Shown here one piece after another: positions 54,701 to 64,000 of a DNA stretch of 64,000 nucleotides (positions are counted from its first letter, which is position 1; each line of letters starts with the position of its first letter). Below the pieces are notes generated by a model. It was not told where the DNA came from and ran no database searches. It saw only the letters and a program-made list of their open reading frames with translations. This DNA is from Tubulanus polymorphus. Lineage: Eukaryota; Animalia; Nemertea. A program made the position numbers and the translations under genes. The stretch is from positions 14,330,655 through 14,394,654 of the forward strand of contig NC_134033.1 of the NCBI RefSeq assembly GCF_964204645.1, written 5' to 3'.

Positions 54701-56077
54701 TCAGGTGCCGCTTATATGGAGGCAGACTACGGTACGTTTCTTTTGCAATTAGAAAATAACTGTTTCAACATTTCAAAAATGAATACCTCGTTACACTTGA
54801 GATCGAATTTCATCATCAAAAGATGTCGTGTTGAAGACGATCATCTAAATCATAAATTCATGATGAGGATTTTTTAAGAATTACGTTACAATAAAGTGTA
54901 ATCAGCCGAAGTTTAGACGCTGAATATCTTGTCGAATCGTTTAAACAATTTTTCAGCATTGGTTAGGCAACGTTCGAATCGCGGAAAGAAGAAAAATCTT
55001 CAGTGCGTTTTTCCGTTTACCTATCGAGGTAAACAATACCACAGTTGTATCCTGCACTTTTCCAAAAAACCATGGTGCGCCGTGACTGCCGATTACGACA
55101 TGGACAGGTTGTGGAAATATTGCTCGGGTAAAATTAAACTTATACGTATTACGTCGTACCAAACCCGAGCCAAATTTTATCACGGGACAAAGCGATTGCG
55201 ATTACAAAGCGTTTGAACTTGCTCCAGACTTACTTCGCTTTATTTGAACATTGTTGAGTATCGAGTGAGTGGTTTAAGTGTGAACGCGCTCTCTAATTCG
55301 GCACGGGCCAAATTTGACTCGGGCCTATGATCTGTGCCAATTTGGCCCGGGCCAAATCGGCGTCTCCGTGTGATCACGGCTTAAGATAACCATGTCTGTA
55401 TTATGATCGTTCCATCCCTGAACCGTCTATCTGGCTGAATTATACACGATCCGAAGAAATGCATTAATTTTTTATCTTGTTTTCTACTTTTTCCTTCAAG
55501 CCACCTCTATCATATTAGATGCTCAAAATCATCCTTTTAAGGCTTTGGTCTACACAGAAGCCTTCATTTTTCTCTTTATATGATTTTTTTCCGTTGAAAC
55601 ATTTTTCAAGTGGGACGACGTTATATACGCATCGTCCGAACTATCAATTGTGTGATGGCGCTGATCACACACGCGATTAACTTCTAATATGACGTGTCTG
55701 TCGAAATAATCATGAAATAATCATGAAATTATGGTTAATACGAAATTCGGTTAGTTTTATTTTCCCACGGACATCGAACTAACGGGGTTTGACTGTATAT
55801 CCTAATATTCACGTCGCGAAATAGCAACTGATTATGAATTTATTCAGATCGTATGCCTCGTTATTGTAGATTACACATTAACCATTCACGGAGGATCAGA
55901 TCCTACAGCGTCTAAATGCAGACTGCCTTTCATGTACCTAAATACCGAATATAAGGTTTGTCTCTCCTACCACGGCGAGGAGCCTTGGTGCGGGACAACT
56001 TACAACTTTGACGTCGACAAAAAATGGGCGTACTGTAAAGGTAAGCCGGTTATTATGCCATTTTGATTAATTGGAGT

Positions 56078-56122
<45 letters not shown>

Positions 56123-56661
56123 AATAATAATAATAATAATAATGATTTGATAATAATGTATTTTCCGCGTTAACTCTCGGAAGGACTGCAGCACAAATAA
56201 GTAATGAAAGTAATTGAAATTAAAAATAATGAAAATCGTGATGAATTTGATTCAGATGATTAGCGAAATGAAGAAAACTTTTTTGGGGAAATCACGAGAT
56301 TGAAAATTAAGCTGAACATAACTTTTTGCCAATTTGAAGATTCGAATTGAATTGAGCGTCAACCAGTCTATTCCAAATATTGTCAACTCAATTATTGTCT
56401 CATTGCCATACAACCGGTATTGAAAGTCATCAAATGAAAAAGAAGAGTCATAAAATGTTATCGATTAAAAAATAGATGTTTTAAATGTTATTTTGAAACG
56501 CAGATATATCAATCGTAGTACACATCGTCTCTACGACCTTGATTATAAGGCATAGTAGTTTTGTAACGGTTTTAACGGCGCCAAAATACCAATTCTGTGC
56601 ATCGTACTAATCGAGAGTGTTTATTTGTATTACAGCAACACGTTCCGACACCGTCAGATAA
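45738..56661 (+). CDS. Secreted multi-kringle protein (plasminogen/apolipoprotein(a)-like kringles x8 plus fibronectin type II x2, no protease domain), ~1,013 aa
   Basis: All introns are phase 1. Exons: 45738-45786 (signal peptide); 46091-46216; 46635-46739; 47013-47048; 47852-48031 and 48184-48297 (K1); 48371-48634 (K2); 49053-49178 (Thr-rich linker); 49772-50053 (K3); 50635-50898 (K4); 51412-51669 (K5); 52360-52617 (K6); 53413-53670 (K7); 54127-54453 (K8); 54705-54731; 54957-55127 (FN2, CVFPFTYRGKQYHSC...PWCAVTADYD...WKYC); 55870-56040 (FN2); 56636-56661 (stop). Each kringle has 6 Cys and the (Y/F)CRNP...WC motif. Confidence 0.9.
46403..46576. mobile_element. Degenerate copy of the Penelope-like palindromic element
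   Basis: ataacaacacttaaacgtggtgaa...ataagataaaaacccactat...atagttggtttttatcttat matches the outer arms of the 7587-7855 element. The ribozyme core is lost. Confidence 0.55.
52123..52170. repeat. (TAA)n imperfect microsatellite
   Basis: Seen directly. Confidence 0.9.
55255..55381 (-). mobile_element. Partial copy of the 58462-58760 MITE, inverted
   Basis: gtgtgaacgcgctc...ggcacgggccaaatttga...gggccaaatcggcgtctccgtgtgatcacggct is approximately the reverse complement of 58462-58575. Confidence 0.7.
56079..56143. repeat. (TAA)n microsatellite
   Basis: Seen directly. Confidence 0.95.
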
Positions 56662-57629
56662 ACCTCCTGACGATATACATGTATATTCAAGCAAGGAACG
56701 CTAAACGAATTCATTATCTTCTATATCCATCTTATATGTATCGGTAATCCAGTCAAAGTCCGTTTTAATGCCATCCTCCTTTTGATTAACCCATTGTTCA
56801 CTTAACGCCAACATTTTTCAGAGAGAAACATTTTCTCAAATTCCGATGAGATACTATTCGTTATACGTAGCGCCACTTCCGTTATTTCGCAATGTTTTCC
56901 ATTGGTCCTATCGGTACATTGGACAGTAGTATTTTGACGGATTTATACTGCATATTCAAATATTCCGTGGAAAAATAAAATTTATCTTTTTCGCATTGAA
57001 TGAGATTTCTTGTTTTTTTTTCTGGGAACTTATATCGCGACCTAAACGATGTAAATTTTGAGTTGCGTAACGCAGATATCGTAGCTTTAAATAGTGCGAG
57101 CATTGAATGGATTTCCAAATTTGAGTCTTGCCTGATAGTTATTTCAGTACCTGGAATGACACTAACGATTATGGGCGGACACAACGTCGCCTCAATCGCC
57201 GAAAATGAATCCTTTTTAACAACATTTGTTTACGTAATATCCACGGTGTACCGGTATCCCATTGGGTTCGCTCGGTGTAAAGATATGCGGCCAGAAATAA
57301 CGAACTTTGGCGCCATTGGACATAGAATGCGCTTGCATATTTAACTATAGGGATGACAATGCTTCGATCGATCGTCGAAAGCATTCAGCTGCAGCCGGCC
57401 TTTTGGTATAGGCCGAAACATTGTATTCGTGGAAATAGACATGTAACGTAACTCTGTGGATATATACACGTATACTACGACGTGACGAGGAGAGACTAGA
57501 AGACGTCATTCATCAGCGACCCATACATAAGAGTTAGTTCCGTTATATATTTTGCTCATGAAATAATATATCATAAGATATAAGACTTTTTGCAATTGAG
57601 AAGTAAGATTTTACTCAATCGACATCGCG

Positions 57630-60600
57630 ATGGACAATCGACGACGTAGCCCTTGTATGGATGAGAATGAGGACGTTTTATCGGATGATGAAAATGATAT
57701 GAAGTGGAAAGAAAACGTTTCCGATGCGGGGTATTCAAGCTGGATGCCTGGTACACCTGATGTAAATACAGGGCGGAACGCGGGCAATGAACAAGGTGGT
57801 GAAACAAACAACGACGATTCTAACAGGTTGAGTAGAACGATCGAGGCAAGGTACGAATTAAACCTCTCGTTGCATAGTACGGACAACGTCCGTTATAGAA
57901 CCATCCTTTTTAATGCCATTGTTCACTCAACGCCAACATTTTTCAGAGAAAAAAAATTGTACCAATCCGACTCAAATTCAATGAAAATACTATTCATTTT
58001 AACGCCATATTTCCATCGGTCCCAACAGAGTGGTATTATGACAGACTTCTTTGCAAGCGATAAAAAATCATCGGGTCCAACCCTTAAGTTTTGTCAGTTA
58101 AATACAAATTCGAATTCAAGTGCTCGAAGTAACTCTCGAGTGGAAGTGGGTCACCAATACGTACGCGAGTAAGTTAAACGTTATGCCTTAATATCCCGCT
58201 GTAGGAAATCGGATATCGTCGAGAGGTGGAATGTTACGTCATTGGGTGAGATCTGTGACACGCAGGACACGATCAAATACACAAGGGGTACGTGCCGGTA
58301 TGGATAGCTTCATGAAATTATAATTGACAAGCGTAACTTCTTTAATTGTATTCTTTATTTTAGGAAATAGGACGACACCTACAAATCAAGGTATTGTATT
58401 CAAGTGAAATTCTTACCCTCAATACAATTCAGATCTGCAGTGATCATAAACAGGTTTCCCAAGCCGCGATCACACGGAGACGATTTGGCCCGGAACATAC
58501 TGGCCCGCACCAAACCCCAATCAAATTTAGTCCGTGCTTAATATAAAGAGCGCGTTCACACTAAAACCACCCCTCGTTACTTGTAATGCGATCAGAACTG
58601 CCCGTGATACAATTTTGTACATAACGGGTCTAACGTTTTTGAGTCAGGTCAAATTTGGTTCTCTTCAAACAGGCACGGATCTATTTGGCTTTGGCAACAG
58701 TGTCACGGTTGGTCCGGGCCTCATTTGGTGCGGATCTGAAATACTCGTGTAATCGCGGCTACAATTCCTATTTCACGTTGTATGATGAGTATAGACTGTG
58801 TCTTAACATCAATGACTTCAATAATATGATAATCAGATAAACACAATATGATATCGATTAATCCGTTCCTATGGAATCTTTCTGATCGGATTGTTTTTAT
58901 CTACCAGGTCGGAGACGGTCGTCGACCGCGCGTAGATCTGGCGACGGGTCGTCGTTCACGTGGCACCCGGTAGTACCGATGAAAGCGCCTCGGCCCGTCG
59001 TACAGTCGGACGAACTGTCGCAGAAGCAACACCGTCAACTGCTCAGCTCTATGGAGAAGAAAGAGACCTATAAACGAAGGAAACGCTACGATTTGTTCTA
59101 TTTCGGACCAACAACATCGGCTGAAATAACTGACAAACTAAACAAAGATGAGATACTGGTAACGTTAATGCAGATTGAAAAGATGATAAGTTTTTCTCGG
59201 TGAAAATGATACTTACCCTCAAGTAATCACCATACCCACAAAGTACAACATCTAAAAAGTTGAGGGATATTTTTCAGAGAAACAGTTGTCTTACCGTTTT
59301 ATTACTGTTTCTCGTGCAATACGGAAAGCTGCCAATAAAAGATATCACTTTTATATGTTCTTTTAGGATATAGAAGCCGATATGACTCTCAACGAAAGAA
59401 ACTTCTGGCCCAGAGAGAGTAATGTTCGTTTCGTACGTGGTATATTATTTCGTTTGAAGAATGAAATTACTGTGAATATCGTTTGTCGAGGTCCGTAGCG
59501 TAGGGCGGGCTGGTGATTCGGGTGGTGGTATAACTTCCGCTGATTTCCGATTTAAAACCCTTTCAGCGCTGACTAGTTAATACCCTATAATGCTAGAGAT
59601 AATTTGGAGATTTTCAAAAATTCCAGCCTAGTGTGTTTCATAACGGGAATACCACTATAATGCGTCTACACCGCGGTGCAGTGTATCGTTAGTTACTAGT
59701 ATTTCACTATGTTTGACACGTGCTGCCATCTTTCAATAGAGATAAATACTAATTTTTAATTACATCAATACACCGCAGTGCAGTGTACTAGCGAAATCTA
59801 TCACTGATTTATACACCGCACTGCGGTGTAGACGCACTGAATGGAAATATCAAGCGGACACGTTACACTTGAGACCATTACAACATTAATGCAAGTATAT
59901 TAGTTTCAAATATTCTTAGGACAGGGCCCCGGACCCCCTTTGGTGCAAACTACGTTAAATGAACCTTCGATTGTATTCTACGGGCCTGGGCGTCTCTACT
60001 TAGTAAAGCTTTCGTTATTTCGTACAGGAAATTCTGGCTCTTCCGCCGTTCAGTGACGACGACTTGAAGAATGCTGAAAACTATTGGAATACGGGAACGC
60101 TCGAATCGAGTACAGCCTCGGATGCGAATGATATGTTGATCGAGCAGTTGATGGAATCCTGCAGAAAATGTACGTATGCCTAAACTGAAATACCAAACTG
60201 ATTTCATCCACGTATATACTGAAGTGGATCTCTCGAATCAGAAGTTCTTTGTGACGCCGTTCCTACGTGTGTTGTTAGAATGCATCTTTCGAATTATCAT
60301 TTCAGTATTTTCCAAGATTCCCGATTCGATCAAGGCTCTTCACGAAAATGTCATTGGGTGTGATATAGAACCTCACGCATGGCATCTGCACATGTTACGC
60401 GTAGACCTTACACGTTTTTGGTCCACCGATGCTCTGATTTGGAACTATACGATGACATACGACAGAGATCTCGTCGGAAATCTTGGCTATTTCGTGCACA
60501 GGTTCGTGAGGTTGACCTCGATGTTGTAGATGTGGAATCATGTTTTACTGTTCGATAACTTTCCCGCATAATACATATACACCAACCTGATTACCTAACT

Positions 60601-62620
60601 ACCCCGTTCACCTAATATCTTCCTGTACCTATTCTCACATGTCTGTCTGACTGCTTGCTTGCCTGACTCCTTACCCACCTATTCACCTATTTGCCTACCT
60701 ATTTACCTACCTATCTGCCTACTTGCCCCAACCCACCTACCTACCTACCTACCTACCTACCTACCCACCTACCAACCACCTACCTACCTACGTACCTACC
60801 TACCTATCTATCTACCTACAACCTATGCCTGCCTGCCTACTTGACCACCCACCTGCCTACCTGCCTACTTACCTACCTACCTACCTACCTACCTACCTAC
60901 TTACCTACCTACCTACCTACCTACCTATCTATCTATCTACCTACTACCTACATGCCTGTCTACTTGACCGCCCGCATGCCCACCTGCCTACCTACCTACC
61001 TAGCATATTCTTCATGTGCATTATTTTGTCTCCTGTCGTGTGGTGTATTCTTTAAGCTACCGTTTAAAAATAAATGTTCACCGTTTCCACCCTACAGGAC
61101 GTTAATGATTCTGAAACACCGACCTCTCACTTTTAAACTTTCACCTGACACGATCCCCGAGATTTATCTCCGGAAGGAAGACATCGAGATGATCGCTACG
61201 GTGAACCTGATGCTTAGGTCGTACAAAAAACACATTCGGGAAGGAAGGTAAAGGAAACGCTCGAAGCTCATCCTGATCCAAATGAGATCGATACCAACAT
61301 TGGCCAAACAAGTCTCGTCTCTCGCTTCTCGAACTCGTAATCTATATTCGACCCAAACTCGGAGATATCACGAGGTTTCGCTTCTTTGCTTGCAGACCTT
61401 CGCACGCAATCGACGACATCTTTTCGTTATCGCGATATGGAAACCAATACCTCGGGGCGAATCGGCCGTGGATATCAATAAAAGCAACATCTGAAAATGA
61501 AAGGTTGCGTTATTATCGAATCAAGCGTAGACCGTTTCATTTCCGCAATTTTTAAACGATTTCTATGTTTTTCAGAAAGAAGGCTGGGACAGTACTCGGT
61601 CTATGCGCGAATATTTGCTTGCTGTTGAGTCTATTGATACTACCGTTTTTGCCGCGCACGGCCGCCGACATTCAGGAACAAATAGGTTTTTCTTGGACCG
61701 ATGACGTCATACCTGACTACATCGTCCCTTATCTAGATTCGAGCTCCAAATTAGAAATCGAAAAAGTAAGCCGGTAGGGTATCTTTAGTGTAACTGTTTC
61801 GTTCCCGGCTGGTGTATCGGGTTTGTAAGGGTCGCAAAATTCAAATCAAACCAAGATTGATCAGTCATTCAAATACTATAAGAAGGACGACAATTCCCTT
61901 TTTCTCCAAGGCCTCGGTTTGACACTCATATTACGATTTCCGAGGTCCTGATGATTTTCGTGTGTCACATTCAGTATTTTGGTCTTAGATAATCATCGAA
62001 TAAATCGAATGAAATTAAGATCGAACGCATTTAGAAACAACTATACCAAACAAGTAGATGAAGCTGATACCAGTATAGAAATACAGTCGTTTCTATATAT
62101 GACAAAATCTTTCATACTTAACTCCCCTAATTCTCTGGCGAGACATATGTAAACGATAGATGCTGAAGTAAGGAATACAAACCTCATCCATACACGCGTC
62201 GTCCCGGACACAATGTTAAAAGCCACATAGACAAACAACTATATACTTTGATTCCGATTTCAAAATCAAACCCCCTGTTTCGCTCCTGGCAGGTGTGTTG
62301 GGTTTGTAAGGGACGCTGACTCAAAAAATCAAACGAAATCTACCAATGAAATAGATAACAGGGTTAATCCCTATTCTTAGATAAAAAAAAGCCAGAAAGC
62401 GTGATTTGAATGAATGCGAATTGAAAACCCGTTAGATAGTCGATTCTTTGAGCGATCGGGTCACTGCTTATTTGTATTCCGCTCGTGTACAGATACGTGC
62501 ATGATTTCTAACTAAGCCCCGTTCAAATCGTTTGTCTAATTTTTTCAGGTTCGTCGATTGTTCCTTCCTCTACGCTTCCCGGACGAAGACGAGACTGAAG
62601 TGAACGTAACTTGTGAATGA
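57630..62620 (+). CDS. Methionyl-tRNA synthetase-derived protein: novel N-terminal half plus divergent MetRS anticodon-binding domain, no catalytic domain (~498 aa)
   Basis: Exons 57630-57850, 58205-58287, 58364-58390, 58908-59158, 59367-59423, 60028-60169, 60306-60501, 61098-61247, 61396-61503, 61576-61765 and 62549-62620 splice in frame (1497 nt). C-terminal motifs KLFSKI, DLVGNLGYFVHR, IFSLSRYGNQYLGANRPW and KAGTVLGLCANICLLLSLLILPFLP..AADIQEQI are colinear with the eukaryotic cytosolic MetRS motifs KFSKS, ELLNNLGNFINR, ILTISRHGNQYIQVNEPW and [25 protein letters not shown] (recalled). Confidence 0.8.
58462..58760. mobile_element. MITE (~300 bp, possibly PIF/Harbinger-type) in an intron
   Basis: Inverted termini agccgcgatcacacg / cgtgtaatcgcggct, internal ggcccgg and caaatttg subrepeats, and a second copy at 55255-55381. 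Confidence 0.7.
59661..59836. mobile_element. Palindromic MITE-like element
   Basis: tgcgtctacaccgcggtgcagtgtat (59661-59686) matches the reverse complement of 59811-59836 at 24/26, with a third partial unit at ~59768. Confidence 0.55.
60581..61001. repeat. (CCTA)n tetranucleotide microsatellite, imperfect
   Basis: Long acct/tacc array inside an intron. It generates the spurious PTYL ORFs. Confidence 0.95.
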
Positions 62621-63020
62621 TGTCAATCGTCATTAAAAAAAAACCTTTAAATGACTTTCCCGGCCTTTCAAATCGATCTACTGATACGGAGACGAAACTC
62701 TATCATTAGCAAACGACATTATTCCATTACGGCGCTTTGTTCACTGCTGCAAAACAATGATTTTTCTCAACTCGCGATTTCACCTGACTATAAAAATAGA
62801 GATTTATTTTTGTCTAATGAAAGTTCTTCGGTTACACGTAAACGCGGAAATTAGTAGAATCCTAATATGGACAGTAACGTCGCTTGAAAAAATTCTTTTT
62901 TTAACAATTATCAATTTCTTCGTACAATTCATTTGCCTTTTATATGTATAACTATAGTTTATCGTACGTGACACGTGAACAGAATGTAAACAACAAGTAT
63001 TTTCAAATGCACATATTATA

Positions 63021-64000
63021 TCAGGGCTTCCAGTGAAAATATTTCTGAACGATCGACTTCAAGGATTCGGACCAAGATGGATGTTCTTTCACATCCGTAT
63101 AGTTAAACATCAATAAATCAGTTTCGTAAACTTTACTGAGTCTGTGAATCGATCTCAGAGGAACGTCCTGATAAAATCGTTTCATTTTATTCGCCGTTCG
63201 TTTCGTGTCTGGAATGCCGAAGGTTTTCGCTAGTTGCGGTTTTATGTTCAACCAGTCTAGTATGACTGCTACGTCATCGCCTAGGGAATCCCCGTATCGG
63301 GCGATGACGTCGTAGTCTACGTAACAGGGGTGGCACAGATCTTGGTAGGTGCGCCAATGACGGTCCAGCGGAATACGCTTACGGTACGAATCGATGACGA
63401 ATCGCAGGAACTCGCGGAAGGAAACCCCGCGACCGGTTTTCAAGTCTAGTTCGTTCGGTTTCGTGCGATAGGTCCGTATGATGTAACGCCCGAATTTCTG
63501 CAGGAAGTAACGATCGTGCGATCTGGCCGTGAATTTATCCAGATACGTCGATAGGAGGCGCTCGAGTGGGTTGCGCACGACCATGAATTTGAAGTAGGTG
63601 CTGATGCGAGTATGGCGCTGGAGTGGCGTGTACGCGCCCAGATTTCGTAGGGAGTTCGTGTAGCGTCCATTGTGGACGTTAGCGCGGTCGATTCGCGAAA
63701 GATTAGCGGCGTTGATTTTACCGCTCGAGTGCAATAAGGTCCATTTCCAATTCGTCGAGCCGACCTTGGGGATCTCGCAGTACATGACCTTGTTCACGTC
63801 ATCTACTAGAATATGTCTCAGTGAATTTCCTCCTGTAAGATGAAGATAAGAACAAAATGTTGTATATTCCGGTTAAATTTCTGGATAGGACTAATAGCTT
63901 TTTATTTTCAAGTATCAATTTCTCACGATACACAATATCTACGTACCTGGCAGTTTCGTTCGCGGGCTGCTCCGCAGTTTACCGCAAATCGTTGACACTA
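63021..64000 (-). CDS. Carbohydrate sulfotransferase (Sulfotransfer_2 family, CHST11/HNK-1ST-like), 5'-partial
   Basis: Exons >64000-63947 (VSTICGKLRSSPRTKLP) and 63832-63021. Motifs HILVDD..KVMYCEIPKVGSTNWK (5'-PSB), FMVVRNPLERLLSTYLDKF (3'-PB), HW..Y.DLCHPC.VDYD and VYETDLLMFNY. Confidence 0.92.

Noticed and set aside
60659-61097. ORFs with PTYL/LPTY repeats
   Set aside because: They are translations of the (CCTA)n microsatellite in an intron. Only 61098-61247 is a real exon.
57630-62620. Calling this gene the functional MARS1
   Set aside because: No HIGH motif or catalytic fold, a degenerate KMSKS, and divergence too high for a housekeeping synthetase.
1-64000. CRISPR arrays, operons, autonomous transposase or reverse transcriptase ORFs
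   Set aside because: The DNA is eukaryotic and intron-rich, with no repeat-spacer arrays and no such ORFs in the six-frame track.

Overview
Intron-rich animal genomic DNA, AT-rich with GT-AG introns. It is probably a lophotrochozoan invertebrate, judged from mollusc-type myosin essential light chains carrying the DFWDGRDG Ca2+ loop. Exons were stitched by hand using splice sites and reading-frame phase. Left to right: (1) two tandem myosin essential light chain (ELC) paralogs, the first 5'-partial and the second with an intronic tRNA-Asp; (2) a recent ~2.7 kb tandem duplication carrying the last ELC exon, its 3'UTR and an intronless rhodopsin-class GPCR, giving two near-identical GPCRs; (3) a ~33-exon, ~1,850-aa single-pass Ig-superfamily receptor with a furin-site prodomain, 2 Ig, 1 FN3, a Gly stalk, TM, a 17-Cys cluster and a ~1,260-aa low-complexity tail; (4) a secreted ~1,013-aa protein with 8 kringles and 2 fibronectin type II modules but no protease domain; (5) an intact 11-exon gene for a ~498-aa protein whose C-terminal half is a divergent methionyl-tRNA synthetase anticodon-binding domain with no catalytic domain; (6) the 3' part of a CHST11-like carbohydrate sulfotransferase. 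Repeats include a Penelope-like palindromic element with a hammerhead-ribozyme core (4 copies), MITEs, tRNA-derived SINE heads and microsatellites. The most promising leads are the catalytic-less MetRS-derived protein, the giant-tail Ig receptor, the kringle/FN2 protein, the hammerhead element, and two 3'UTR hairpins conserved between the ELC paralogs. Homology calls come from recalled family motifs, not from database searches.
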